Source of the DNA: an uncultured Planctomycetales bacterium
GTDB lineage: Bacteria > Omnitrophota > Gorgyraeia > Gygaellales > Profunditerraquicolaceae
NCBI GenBank assembly: GCA_964427405.1
Contig: CAYRUB010000003.1
Coordinates: forward strand, 64,946 to 128,945
Length of the DNA stretch: 64,000 nucleotides
Direction: 5' to 3'
Shown: in pieces, positions 46,605 through 57,201 of the stretch
Layout of the letters: the number at the start of each line of letters is the position of its first letter
Position numbering within the stretch: position 1 is the first letter of the stretch
The notes under the pieces: generated by a model
The model's input: the letters and a program-made list of their open reading frames with translations, nothing else
Told to the model about the DNA's origin: nothing
The model's database searches: none
Made by a program: the position numbers and the translations under genes

Positions 46605-48686
46605 TTACTCTTTTAAGTCAACTGAATATATGTGTACAAGCGAATTTTTAAATAACAGCTTAAATAATTGCGGATGCTCGAATGCCCAATCATCTTCAAT
46701 AGGGAATTTATCAGGGTCAACTGATTCCCGGTTTTCAAGGACCGGCTTAGCTATAAACAAATATTCGGCTTTATATTTCTTGAGATTTTCTCTCCAAGCT
46801 GAGAAATCTTTGACTTCACGGTACAACCCATCAGGGTTATTGTAAGTAGTGATTTCTTTTTCATTAATAGAAACGTACTTCACTTCATTCTTAAGGCCCC
46901 TGCCATATAAAGGGTAGGCTTCTTGTCGGCCTGTATAGGCAACCCTCCCACCTTCTTTAGTTATATCATTAAGCGCCTTCCAGCCCCTCCTTAAATCAAT
47001 TTGCCATGCCTCATTCTTGCCAAGGCTAGATATATAGCGATTGTACTCTTCGTTATCATACCTATTGTTGGAATAGATCAGGAATAAAAATCCTAGAAAT
47101 AAACCAATCAACATAGTCTTACCAAAATTCTTATTTTCATAGAAAGCAGCCAATTGCTTTTTACAACGTATAAACAATACAAAACATGCTAAAGAAAGTA
47201 AAATTGATATGACTAATTCGTATCTATGAGCTAACTTAAAAACTGCAGCAAAAATTGATACAAATGAAATAACGGCTAAATATTTATCTCCACGCGACAG
47301 CTTAGTTACAAATATAACAGCAGTCAATAACCCCAAGCTCAAATACGGGTAAAAATACCGCACTATATACACATTAATAAAGATCTTGAATAAAATAAGC
47401 GCAACAAGAGGAGTAAAAAATAACAATAAATATTCCCATAAAGGTGATACCTTTTTCTTTAAATACCCATAAAAAAACAACGGTAGAAAAGTGCAGGGTA
47501 AGATCAAGGCAAAAAATTGAATACCTAAACCTTCCCTAAAAAGCCTTAATAAATTACTGTAATCGCTTGTAAACATATTGATTCTTAACAGACTAGCATC
47601 GAATAGCCCATTAAAAATAGTCCTGCCAAATATCTTCAATTTCACAGGAAATATGGGGTTCCCCACATATAAATAATTCTTTATATACATGTAACCACCA
47701 AACAAAATAATCATCAGGATAATCACGGCTGAAAATTGTAATGTCTTACTTAATGTAAATTTCCTTATTTTTACTTGCCTATATAACATATAAAGAATCA
47801 GGGGCAATAAAGCTGCCAGGTAAACAAAATTATGAAACTTAGTTCCGATAAAAAGCCCTGCTGATACCCCAAAAAGAATTGCGTTCTTTAAAGTAAGATC
47901 TCGTTTAAACAATAAAAGCATAAAAATTACCAAAAGAAATAATACCGCGCCAATAACATCTATGTTGTTAGCGGTTTTAAGCTGCTTAAAGATATTGGGT
48001 ATAAGCGCCCAAAGCAAGCCGCTTAGCAATGCTAACCCGCTATTTACGTTATATTTCTTTAGTATTGAATAGAAAGCTATTATACCAATAACGTAAAATG
48101 GAACTTCTCCTAAATCCGCTAAAAACGCGTTTCTCAAAGGCAACACTAACCAGGTAAAAAATAACTCAGCATTAATAGGAAAATAAGATGGCGCGCTATC
48201 TATCAATGAACCCGGGAAAAGAATAGGTTTTGACCCAAATATGAAAAAAGGAGTATCTAAAGTCCCACTTTTAATCCAGGAGGCGGGAAAAGCAAGATGA
48301 TATAGCAAGCTGTCAGCATCTAGCGGAGGATTAATTAAATTGATATATATGCTTACTAAAGCAAAGGAGGAAAAAATTGAAACTGCAAAAAGTATCAAAT
48401 TATTATTAATAAAAGGTTTTAAATCCGGTTTTATAAAGACAGGTGTTGTTTTTCGTGAATAAACCAACAGGACTATCAATAAAATTAAAAGATGGAATAT
48501 AAAAACATTAATAAAATAAAGTTTTCCAATAATGCCTAAAAAGTTAGTAACTAAAACAATTTGGGCAAGAAATAAAGTAAAACAGGTTAAAATTGAATCA
48601 CTTAATAAAACTATGCCAAAATACTTCCTTGTAAGGATCCAGGAACTAACCGTTACGATAACAATCTCTGCAATTAAATTTATCAT
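46605..48686 (-). CDS. Large polytopic membrane protein, probably a GT-C fold glycosyltransferase (ArnT/PMT-like)
   Basis: 693 aa with more than 12 TM segments and an acidic D-x-D in the first periplasmic loop (PPLDADSL). It has a soluble C-terminal domain. Confidence 0.5.
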   Translation of the reverse strand: MINLIAEIVIVTVSSWILTRKYFGIVLLSDSILTCFTLFLAQIVLVTNFLGIIGKLYFINVFIFHLLILLIVLLVYSRKTTPVFIKPDLKPFINNNLILFAVSIFSSFALVSIYINLINPPLDADSLLYHLAFPASWIKSGTLDTPFFIFGSKPILFPGSLIDSAPSYFPINAELFFTWLVLPLRNAFLADLGEVPFYVIGIIAFYSILKKYNVNSGLALLSGLLWALIPNIFKQLKTANNIDVIGAVLFLLVIFMLLLFKRDLTLKNAILFGVSAGLFIGTKFHNFVYLAALLPLILYMLYRQVKIRKFTLSKTLQFSAVIILMIILFGGYMYIKNYLYVGNPIFPVKLKIFGRTIFNGLFDASLLRINMFTSDYSNLLRLFREGLGIQFFALILPCTFLPLFFYGYLKKKVSPLWEYLLLFFTPLVALILFKIFINVYIVRYFYPYLSLGLLTAVIFVTKLSRGDKYLAVISFVSIFAAVFKLAHRYELVISILLSLACFVLFIRCKKQLAAFYENKNFGKTMLIGLFLGFLFLIYSNNRYDNEEYNRYISSLGKNEAWQIDLRRGWKALNDITKEGGRVAYTGRQEAYPLYGRGLKNEVKYVSINEKEITTYNNPDGLYREVKDFSAWRENLKKYKAEYLFIAKPVLENRESVDPDKFPIEDDWAFEHPQLFKLLFKNSLVHIYSVDLKE

Positions 48687-48700
48687 TTTTTATCTTATTC

Positions 48701-49432
48701 TCAACTCTTTCTATAATCTCCCATACTTAACCATTTTTCCAATAGACAATAAAGTATTATAAATAAATACCGGCTCCCCAGTTCCTTAATCTTGAATTTT
48801 GAGAAACCTTTCTTTCTATTTGTCCAGGAATTAGGAACGACGCAATAGCTATATCCTCTTATTATCGCTTTTAGGGGAATCTCAACAGTCAGATTAAAAT
48901 GATGGCTTAGCAGAGGTTTAACTCCATTTATGACCTCTTTTTTGTATAACTTAAAGGCGTTTGTTATATCGTTATATTTAATTGCGAAAAGAACCATTGT
49001 TAGCATGTTTCCCAGCCTGTTTAAGATAAGTTTATGGCCAGGATAATCAATTACTTTACTACCCTTAATAAATCTAGACCCAAAAACACAATCATAGCCT
49101 TTCTGCATTTTTCTATAATAATTTACCAAGTCCGTGGGGCTATCAGACATATCAGCCATAACAATAGCTACGCAATCACCATTAAAGTTTTCTAACCCCT
49201 TTTTCACCGCAAAACCATAACCGTTTGGGGGCCCGTTATTAATATAATTTAATTCCTTAACTTCAGTCTTAAGCCTCTTAAGTATCTCTTCTGTGCTATC
49301 CGTGCTATTATCATTAATAATCAGAATTTCATGGTCTATCTTGCTTGTTTTTAGCTCTCTATTGAAAGCCAAAACTGTATTTTCAATATTCTCTACTTCA
49401 TTATGCGCAGGAATTAAAAGGGATAATTTCAT
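48701..49432 (-). CDS. Glycosyltransferase family 2 (DPM1-like)
   Basis: 243 aa GT-A fold with LLIPAHNE and DSTEE. Confidence 0.8.
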   Translation of the reverse strand: MKLSLLIPAHNEVENIENTVLAFNRELKTSKIDHEILIINDNSTDSTEEILKRLKTEVKELNYINNGPPNGYGFAVKKGLENFNGDCVAIVMADMSDSPTDLVNYYRKMQKGYDCVFGSRFIKGSKVIDYPGHKLILNRLGNMLTMVLFAIKYNDITNAFKLYKKEVINGVKPLLSHHFNLTVEIPLKAIIRGYSYCVVPNSWTNRKKGFSKFKIKELGSRYLFIILYCLLEKWLSMGDYRKS

Positions 49433-49457
49433 TTTGATTACACTAAACAGCTACTAT

Positions 49458-50651
49458 TTATTGCTCCAAGCTAAAGCTCAAAGCTACCGTTAAACCTAAT
49501 ATAATCCAGAAAAGAAAGCTCAACTGAAAAGAATATAGATGAACCTCGAAAAAGCTATGTACTAGAAAACCCAATAAACCCGCGGTTAAGCCTATTAAAA
49601 CAAAAAGATTTAAGGATTGGGGTGTTCTTATACCCACCTTAATACTTCTATAAAAAACATAACCCACAAACAAAAGGAAACACAATAAAGAAAAAATTCC
49701 TGATTCAGCCCATATTTGGAGGAAACAATTATGAGCGTAAAAAACACCAGGGTTATTTGTATAAAGAGCACAATAATCCATAAAAGTTCCAATCCCCTTG
49801 CCAAGTAAAGGATGCTCTTTAATCATTCCCCAGGCGCCATGGAAAAGAGTAAACCTATAACTATCCCTCCTGTTCTGGAAGAAAAATAAAGCTAATCCTA
49901 TTAATGGCACAAAGAAAAGATAGCAGGACAAAAACAATGACCAAAATACTTTTATTATTCGGTGATGACTAGTAATCAGAATAACAAAAATTGAACCAGC
50001 TATAAGCCCCAACCACCCACCTCGACAACCAGTCCAAAGAGAAGACAGAATAAGCATAACGGTAATCAAAATAAAGCATAATCTTACAGTAATTTTCTTC
50101 CATTTCCATAAACTAAGACTCAAAACAACAGGAATAACACAAGTTAAATACGCTGCCAAACCATTTGGATTTTTAAAAGGGCCTATGCTAGGAGCAGAAT
50201 ACCCCCACGAAGCTCTCCCCCTTAAGAATTCAAACCCAAAAAACTTTTGTGTAAAAACTGTAAGCCCCACCAATGCCGCACTAAACAAAATAATATACAC
50301 AGCCTTAACAATACGCCTGGTATCCCGAAATGTATCAATTATTGCCCAAATAAGCAAAGGAAACCTGCCCCATTTTATAATAAGCACTTTTAAGCTTTTA
50401 ACAACTAACGGCCCGCTGTTAAGCAGCGACAAATCCATAAAGGCAAAAAATAACAAAAGAAATATAAACAACATCTTATTAGCTTTTATACTGGTAAAAT
50501 CCGGGGATAAAACCTTCTTGAGCAAAAAAAAGGTCAGCACAAAACTGGCGAAAGTACCAATCATCGCTATAGAAATAGGAATAAAGAATATCAGCCCGTA
50601 AACAGAATATTCAACTGCTACATCTAAAAATCTTAATATTTTTAATTTCAT
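49458..50651 (-). CDS. O-antigen ligase / Wzy-like membrane protein (second copy)
   Basis: 397 aa, polytopic, with a Wzy_C-like segment. Confidence 0.6.
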   Translation of the reverse strand: MKLKILRFLDVAVEYSVYGLIFFIPISIAMIGTFASFVLTFFLLKKVLSPDFTSIKANKMLFIFLLLFFAFMDLSLLNSGPLVVKSLKVLIIKWGRFPLLIWAIIDTFRDTRRIVKAVYIILFSAALVGLTVFTQKFFGFEFLRGRASWGYSAPSIGPFKNPNGLAAYLTCVIPVVLSLSLWKWKKITVRLCFILITVMLILSSLWTGCRGGWLGLIAGSIFVILITSHHRIIKVFWSLFLSCYLFFVPLIGLALFFFQNRRDSYRFTLFHGAWGMIKEHPLLGKGIGTFMDYCALYTNNPGVFYAHNCFLQIWAESGIFSLLCFLLFVGYVFYRSIKVGIRTPQSLNLFVLIGLTAGLLGFLVHSFFEVHLYSFQLSFLFWIILGLTVALSFSLEQ

Positions 50652-52474
50652 AGAGATATTATCTCGCGCATTTTCTTAACCGTTCCCGGACCATCCATCA
50701 CCTTTGCTATTTTTTCCAATTCTTTTATTTTTCGCCTTAATACCCGCGGATCAAAATAATCCGACTGGGCGATATAAATCTTATTCGCCTTGGTAGCTTT
50801 ATCTTTTTCGCTATTTAACAAGGTTTCCTCAAAAAGTTTCTCCCCCGGCCGTAACCCAATAAATTTTATCTTTATGTCTTCTCCGAGCTTTAAGCCATAA
50901 AGAGCAACTAACTCTTTTGCTAAATCCAGCACCTTGATCTGCTCTCCCATATCCAAAATAAATATCTCTCCCGCCTTGCCCATTCCCCCGGCCTGCAAAA
51001 CAAGCTGGCTTGCCTCATTAATACTCATAAAATATCTTTTAACCTCAGGATGAGTTAATGTTACAGGCCCGCCTTCTTCAATCTGTCTCTTAAATAAAGG
51101 GACAACGCTACCATCAGAACCTAAGACATTGCCAAATCTAACCGCCATAAATTTAGTCTTACTGATTTTAGCCTTGGACTGCAAAATCATCTCCGCGATC
51201 CTTTTGGTAATACCCATCACGCTTGTCGGGTTTACCGCTTTATCCGTAGAAATAAAAATAAACCTCTCTACTTTATAATGATCCGAAGCATAAATAAGAT
51301 TTCGGCTTCCAACAATATTATTCTTTACGGCAGCGACAGCATTCTCTTCCATAAGCGGAACATGTTTATGCGCTGCCGCATGGAAAACAACTTGCGGCTT
51401 ATAAAGCGAAAACACGCTCTTCAGCAAGCCTATATCTTTTATATCTCCGATTATGGTTTTAAACTTAATTTGGGGATATTTTGTCAAAAATTCAATTCCC
51501 AAATAATAAACATTGTTCTCATTATGATCAAATAACAAGATCTCCTTAGGGCTAAAATTCACTATCTGCCTGCAAAGAGATGAGCCTATTGAGCCGCCCG
51601 CGCCGGTAACCAAAACTACTTTCCCTGATAGATACCCCTTAATCTCTTTCTCATCGATATTTACAGTTTCCCTGCCGAGAAGATCTTCCGGCTTAACATC
51701 TCTGGGCTTAACCTCTAAATCACCATTGAGTAACTTTTGCAAACCCGGAACTATGCGAATTCTTATAGAAGGTATTTGGCAATATGAAATAATGCTCCTG
51801 ATTACTTCACCTTTAGCAGAAGGAATAGCTATAACAACTTCATCAATCCCGTATTTTTCAACAATTGAAGCTATATCTTTACAGGCCCCTAAAATACTTA
51901 CGCCTTGAATACGCAGATTCTTTTTGCTTCGATCATCATCGATGAAACCCACTACTTCTATATTGGCCTTAGGGTTAATTCTTGCCTCCCTTAAAACCAT
52001 TACACCAGCTTCTCCTGCCCCTACGATAATCGCCCTTTTGCGCTTACTTCCTATTGCAGGACGGTATTTTTCCCGCAATAATCTGGTAACAAAACGGATC
52101 CCCGCCATAGAGCAGAAACTTAAAATACAATCCAGAACAAAGATCGATCGAGGAAAACCTTCAAAAGTATAGAAAAAAGCAACAGCGGGAATAAAACAAA
52201 GCATAGCTAAAATATGCGCCTTTGCAATCCTCCAGATATCATCTATGCTGGCATATCTCCATAAACCGGAATAAAGCCCAAAATATCCAAAAATAACAAT
52301 TTTAATACCAATAAGAATGGGGAGGGTTTTAAAAATTACCTGCCAATAATTGCTATCAATCTTGAAATCAAAACGCAGGTAAAAAGCAAAGATATAGGCG
52401 CAAATCACCAAAGCTAAATGGAAAGCTATGATAATTAAACGCCGGGATTTAAGAATTAACTCTTTCAGGTTCAT
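50648..52474 (-). CDS. Membrane-anchored polysaccharide biosynthesis protein CapD/PglF/WbpM-like (UDP-sugar 4,6-dehydratase)
   Basis: 608 aa with N-terminal TMs and two Rossmann regions (VGAGEAG; VTGAGGSIGSSL). Confidence 0.85.
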   Translation of the reverse strand: MNLKELILKSRRLIIIAFHLALVICAYIFAFYLRFDFKIDSNYWQVIFKTLPILIGIKIVIFGYFGLYSGLWRYASIDDIWRIAKAHILAMLCFIPAVAFFYTFEGFPRSIFVLDCILSFCSMAGIRFVTRLLREKYRPAIGSKRKRAIIVGAGEAGVMVLREARINPKANIEVVGFIDDDRSKKNLRIQGVSILGACKDIASIVEKYGIDEVVIAIPSAKGEVIRSIISYCQIPSIRIRIVPGLQKLLNGDLEVKPRDVKPEDLLGRETVNIDEKEIKGYLSGKVVLVTGAGGSIGSSLCRQIVNFSPKEILLFDHNENNVYYLGIEFLTKYPQIKFKTIIGDIKDIGLLKSVFSLYKPQVVFHAAAHKHVPLMEENAVAAVKNNIVGSRNLIYASDHYKVERFIFISTDKAVNPTSVMGITKRIAEMILQSKAKISKTKFMAVRFGNVLGSDGSVVPLFKRQIEEGGPVTLTHPEVKRYFMSINEASQLVLQAGGMGKAGEIFILDMGEQIKVLDLAKELVALYGLKLGEDIKIKFIGLRPGEKLFEETLLNSEKDKATKANKIYIAQSDYFDPRVLRRKIKELEKIAKVMDGPGTVKKMREIISL

Positions 52475-52526
52475 AGCGTTATATTATATACCAAAATACA
52501 GTTTTAGCAATTATTTGATACGATTT

Positions 52527-53090
52527 TTAATGCTGGACGCCTTCTCTTTTTACTACCTTTATCGCAGTCAAAAGGATAATATAAAGGTCAAAGGCAAAAA
52601 AGCGGTGTTTGAGGTAATATTCATCGAAATAAACCTTTACGGGAATCGGTAAATCGTCCCTTCCATTTACCTGTGCCCAGCCCGTAACTCCGGGAACAAG
52701 TTTATGAATATCTTTCTTTGTACGCAATTCCACAAGGTCATCCTGGTTAAACAATGCCGGGCGCGGCCCGACAAAACTCATATCCCCCTTTAAAACGTTA
52801 AATAACTGTGGCAGTTCATCAAGGCTGAATTTACGCAAAAAAGCTCCCCCGGGAATCAAATATCTTTCAGGGTTTTCCATTAAGTGCGTAGCTACCTGAG
52901 GCGTGTTTAATTCCATAGTCCTGAATTTAGCCATTTTGAATACAGCATTATTCTTACCAACGCGATTAGTCCAAAATATAGCCGGCCCCTTAGAAACTAA
53001 TCTAATCCATAAAGCAATAGCCAACATAGGAATGCTCAATAGAACTATCAAAATCAAAGCTAAAATTAAATCAAAAATTCGTTTTACCAT
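52527..53090 (-). CDS. Bacterial sugar transferase (small PglC/WbaP-like initiating phosphoglycosyltransferase)
   Basis: 187 aa with one TM, then ...DELPQLFNVLKGDMSFVGPRP, the family signature. Confidence 0.85.
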   Translation of the reverse strand: MVKRIFDLILALILIVLLSIPMLAIALWIRLVSKGPAIFWTNRVGKNNAVFKMAKFRTMELNTPQVATHLMENPERYLIPGGAFLRKFSLDELPQLFNVLKGDMSFVGPRPALFNQDDLVELRTKKDIHKLVPGVTGWAQVNGRDDLPIPVKVYFDEYYLKHRFFAFDLYIILLTAIKVVKREGVQH

Positions 53091-54024
53091 ACCCCTTAAC
53101 CGTCCCTCTTATCCCCTCTTCCAGGGTAAACGGCGCCTTCCAGCCAAGCAGGTTCCTGATTTTGCTACTATCAACAAGGAGAGTTCCTGTTAATTTCTCC
53201 AGCTCTTCAGCCTTTCCTGCAATCTTACACAGCGCCTTTAGAATACCAGGATGCAAGGAAAATAAAACCGCCTTCTTATTCATCGCACTAGCAATCATCC
53301 TTATTAAATCCGGCGTAGAAATATCCTGCCCATCACTTACCAGAAAAGTTTCACCTCCTGCCAGCGGATGAGAAATGCAGGTACTGATAGCATCCACCAA
53401 ATTGCCGACGTAAAGGAAGCTACGCAAACTATTTATATTTCCTAATGGAAGCGGCAAGCCGGTTTTAATTAAACACACCAATCTTCCAAAATTACCCGGA
53501 GCATTTAATCCATAAACCAATGGTGGCCTCAAGATGACAACTTCCATCTTGGTATTTTCTGCCACCTTGCGTAAAGTTTGTTCCGCCTCCCATTTTGAAA
53601 CCGCATACCCACCAACCGGATTAGGAATATCATTCTCGGTAAAAGGTTTTCTATCAATAAATTTCCCGTTTACGCCGATTGAGCTAATAAAAATAAACCT
53701 GCGCACTCCTGCATTTGCAGCCATTTTCGCCAGGCGTTCGGTTCCAGGCACATTTACCTTACGAAACGCTTCAACAGGGTCAACCGTTGAATCATACATA
53801 ATATGAACACGCGCCGCTAAGTGAATAACTGTATCCACCCCGGCTAAAGCCTCCTGCCAATCCGTTGACTCATTCATATCTCCCACTAAAATATATTCAT
53901 CAACTACAGAGGGTTCACACACATTATTACGCACAGCCGCGCGAATAGGATAGCCTTTTCTTTTTAAGGAAACACACAGATTGCGGCCAATAAATCCGTT
54001 TGCGCCCGTTACTAAAACTCTCAT
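53071..54024 (-). CDS. NAD-dependent epimerase/dehydratase (UDP-sugar 4-epimerase-like)
   Basis: 317 aa with VTGANGFIGRNL and YxxxK. Confidence 0.8.
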   Translation of the reverse strand: MRVLVTGANGFIGRNLCVSLKRKGYPIRAAVRNNVCEPSVVDEYILVGDMNESTDWQEALAGVDTVIHLAARVHIMYDSTVDPVEAFRKVNVPGTERLAKMAANAGVRRFIFISSIGVNGKFIDRKPFTENDIPNPVGGYAVSKWEAEQTLRKVAENTKMEVVILRPPLVYGLNAPGNFGRLVCLIKTGLPLPLGNINSLRSFLYVGNLVDAISTCISHPLAGGETFLVSDGQDISTPDLIRMIASAMNKKAVLFSLHPGILKALCKIAGKAEELEKLTGTLLVDSSKIRNLLGWKAPFTLEEGIRGTVKGYGKTNF

Positions 54025-54785
54025 ATTCTATGAAAAAATTGTTTTATTCTCTCAATAAACTTATTAATAAAAAAAGAAAGAACACAAACTCTAATTTGAT
54101 TTTTACGTAAGGTTTTTATAATCGTGAAGTTCTGTTTGAAGATATTTAAAATGCTGTTATTTGTTACGCCCCCCAATCTCATCTTAACCAAAACTTGCGG
54201 GATATAGCAGGTTTTTATTTTATGTTGGTGCATAAACCGAAGGAGAATTTCATGATCCGCAACAACAGGTAAGCTTAAATCAAAGACACCGTATTTTTCA
54301 TATACCCATCTTTTAACAAAAAAAGTTGGGTGTGGCGGCATCCAGCCTTTGGCAAATAATCCTTTTTTATATTCACATGACCGCCAATATCTTATTACTT
54401 GATTGGTACTATATCTATCAACATAAATTAAATCGCCATAACATGCATCTATCTTCACATCATTCATAGCTTTTGCTACGGTACTCACAATAGAATTATT
54501 TGAATAAAAATCATCGGAATTTAAAATCCCAATAATTTCTCCCGAAGCTAATTTAATCCCCTTGTTCATCGCATCATAAATTCCCCTATCAGGTTCGCTT
54601 ATGAACTTATTGATTTTGTTACCATAAGACTTAACTATTCCAATTGTCCCGTCAGTTGAGCCGCCGTCAATAATTATATGTTCCACATACTGATAACTCT
54701 GCCTAGACACGCTTTCAATACAGTCTCGGATTGTCAAAAGACTATTGTACGAAACAGTTATTATAGATACCTTTAGATTCCCCAT
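54021..54785 (-). CDS. Glycosyltransferase family 2
   Basis: 254 aa with a GT-A DxD (NSDD). Confidence 0.8.
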   Translation of the reverse strand: MGNLKVSIITVSYNSLLTIRDCIESVSRQSYQYVEHIIIDGGSTDGTIGIVKSYGNKINKFISEPDRGIYDAMNKGIKLASGEIIGILNSDDFYSNNSIVSTVAKAMNDVKIDACYGDLIYVDRYSTNQVIRYWRSCEYKKGLFAKGWMPPHPTFFVKRWVYEKYGVFDLSLPVVADHEILLRFMHQHKIKTCYIPQVLVKMRLGGVTNNSILNIFKQNFTIIKTLRKNQIRVCVLSFFINKFIERIKQFFHRI

Positions 54786-54816
54786 TACTTACCAGGAGTT
54801 GTACCTAGAGAATTTT

Positions 54817-55659
54817 TCATTTTCTAAACTTCAATAAAACATTGGTTAGTCTCGAAGGCTCTGAAGGCATATCCCTGAATACCTTCAGACTGATTTTTGC
54901 AAAAATAGGATAAAGCAAACCGAAAAAAATAGAAGAAAACGGCATGAGTTTTCCACACAAATCTGAAAATACAGGATAACTTTCGCAACAATAAATCTTA
55001 TATAACAAGGACAATTTAGAGGGTAAAATAAGTCGTTCTCGTAAAGCATTCTCGTCGTATCGTCTTGCCCATAAAATTTCCCCATTTCCGATAGGAGCAT
55101 TGCCATAACATTCTTTAGCCACGTAGGTTTCATAGTAGCTTCTATAGTATGGAACAGTAATAACTAATACCCCTCCTTTTTTCAATACGCGAGATAACTC
55201 CAACATTGTCCGGCTATCTCCGTCATCGGGAATATGTTCAATCACCGATATGGAATATATTTTATCAAAATATTCATTGGGATAAGGCAGAGATCTGCCA
55301 TCAACCACACCAAGCGTTATACCAGATAAAATCTTTTTCTTTTTATCTATAATACCAATCAGAGACTGCCAGTTATCGATTTCTTTCTGCCAAGCATCTA
55401 CGGCAGTTATCTGACAATCGATGTTTTCTGCAATAAACAGAGATAGTAATTTAGCACTGGAAAGATCCAGAACCTTTTCTGCTGATTTTATCTCTAACGC
55501 ATTTGCTGTAGCCGGAAGCTCAAAGTACCTGGCAATATCCATAGGGATCAATAAACGTTTTAAACCTTCCTTATTATATTTGGAAAACTTGCAAAGCCAC
55601 CTCAATCCTATCTTAATACTATACTTGTAAATATCAAACCAGGAATAATTCATACGCAA
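54817..55659 (-). CDS. Class I SAM-dependent methyltransferase
   Basis: 280 aa with a Rossmann-like MT fold (VLDLSSA). Confidence 0.6.
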   Translation of the reverse strand: MRMNYSWFDIYKYSIKIGLRWLCKFSKYNKEGLKRLLIPMDIARYFELPATANALEIKSAEKVLDLSSAKLLSLFIAENIDCQITAVDAWQKEIDNWQSLIGIIDKKKKILSGITLGVVDGRSLPYPNEYFDKIYSISVIEHIPDDGDSRTMLELSRVLKKGGVLVITVPYYRSYYETYVAKECYGNAPIGNGEILWARRYDENALRERLILPSKLSLLYKIYCCESYPVFSDLCGKLMPFSSIFFGLLYPIFAKISLKVFRDMPSEPSRLTNVLLKFRK

Positions 55660-55669
55660 TCAATTCTCC

Positions 55670-56797
55670 TTATTTTTTTCTAGTGGTGACGATAGCATTT
55701 TTAATCGAGTTGACAATAAACTTAATCTTTTTTTCTTCAAGATTTATCGAGGACGGCAAATAAAGTCCTTTTTTAGATAGCTCCTCGGCAACGAGACATC
55801 TCTCATTCTTAAAATATCCCATTTTTGTAAAAGCAGGTTGCTTATTCATTGGGATAAAAAATCCTCTTGTCTCGATACCTTTTTTATGCAAATGGTGCAT
55901 TAATACATCCCTGCCAACACCTGTTTTGCAACCATCCACTAGAATACAATACATCCAGTAAACGTTTTTTGCATATCCCATTTCTACCGGCAATGTTATA
56001 CCGTCGATACCACTCAATAGAGAGTTATACATTTTTGCAATTGCCCTCTTCTTCTCTATAATAAGATCGATTTTTTCCACCTGTGCCAAGCCTATAGCCG
56101 CTTGCACATTGGTCATTCTGTAGTTAAAACCCACATGATAATGAAGAAACCTGCGCTTTTTTGAAAATGCTAGGTTTCTTAGTAATTTCGCGCGTTCGGC
56201 AAATTTTTTATTATCTGTTACTATCATTCCTCCTTCACCGGTAGTAACGATCTTATTGGCGTAAAAACTAAAACACCCCATGTCGCCCAATGAACCAACT
56301 TTCTTACCAAGATATTCTGCTCCGTGCGCCTCCGCACAGTCTTCCACGATCCTTAGATTATATTTATTAGCAATATCGATAATCGGCTTCATGTTAACCG
56401 GGTGCCCATAAATATGTACCGGCATTATTGCCTTGGTATTTTTGGTAATCTTCTCTTCGATCTTATTTACATCTATGTTCCAAGTAGCCGTCTCGGAATC
56501 AACCACTACGGGTTTTGCGCCACAGTATATTACCGCATAAGCAGTAGCAATATTCGTAAAGGCAGAAAGTATAACCTCATCGTTTTTCTTTATTCCCATA
56601 GATGCCAGCGCTAAATGCAACGCGGTCGTCCCGCTTGTTGTAGTAATACCGAACTTGGCTCCGCAAAACTTGCTAAATTGGCTTTCGAAAAGTGAAATAT
56701 ACTTGCCAAATGCCCCAGATATCTCATTTTTGTTTAGTGCCTCAAGCACATATTTCTTTTCTTTACCCCCTAATATCGGTTCGCATACAGGTATCAT
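55670..56797 (-). CDS. DegT/DnrJ/EryC1/StrS family sugar aminotransferase
   Basis: 375 aa with family conservation, including the FSFYANK Lys region. Confidence 0.85.
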   Translation of the reverse strand: MIPVCEPILGGKEKKYVLEALNKNEISGAFGKYISLFESQFSKFCGAKFGITTTSGTTALHLALASMGIKKNDEVILSAFTNIATAYAVIYCGAKPVVVDSETATWNIDVNKIEEKITKNTKAIMPVHIYGHPVNMKPIIDIANKYNLRIVEDCAEAHGAEYLGKKVGSLGDMGCFSFYANKIVTTGEGGMIVTDNKKFAERAKLLRNLAFSKKRRFLHYHVGFNYRMTNVQAAIGLAQVEKIDLIIEKKRAIAKMYNSLLSGIDGITLPVEMGYAKNVYWMYCILVDGCKTGVGRDVLMHHLHKKGIETRGFFIPMNKQPAFTKMGYFKNERCLVAEELSKKGLYLPSSINLEEKKIKFIVNSIKNAIVTTRKK

Positions 56798-57201
56798 AGT
56801 TTTTCTCCTATATCTATCTTATCTTCTTCTGCACCAAGAAAAGGACCTTGCTTTACTGTCAAACACCTTAGGTCTTCTAAAACCCTAATGGAATGAGCTC
56901 CATTCATTATTAGGATCGTATCACCTTCCTCCAGTTTTACAGTCTTTATTTTCTCACAGCGATCAGAAAAAAAATCAACTTCTACAATTCCTTTTTCAAT
57001 AAAAAGCATCTGCTGGAGATCGCGAATAATCCTTTCCATCGGCTTATGTGTATGCGGAACCTCAATGTATCCCTTCTTGTGGACTATAAACCCAACCTGA
57101 AGGGAACTCTCGCTCGGAGTAAGAAATGTGCTCTTATCAGCCTGAAAATCTTTTCTGAAGACAATAGCAAAAAGCCTATCCCTATGCTCAACTCGCTCCA
57201 T
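56794..57201 (-). CDS. Cupin, FdtA/WxcM-like sugar 3,4-ketoisomerase
   Basis: 135 aa small cupin with an HTH motif. It overlaps the downstream DegT aminotransferase, the FdtA-FdtB-type pairing. Confidence 0.5.
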   Translation of the reverse strand: MERVEHRDRLFAIVFRKDFQADKSTFLTPSESSLQVGFIVHKKGYIEVPHTHKPMERIIRDLQQMLFIEKGIVEVDFFSDRCEKIKTVKLEEGDTILIMNGAHSIRVLEDLRCLTVKQGPFLGAEEDKIDIGEKL

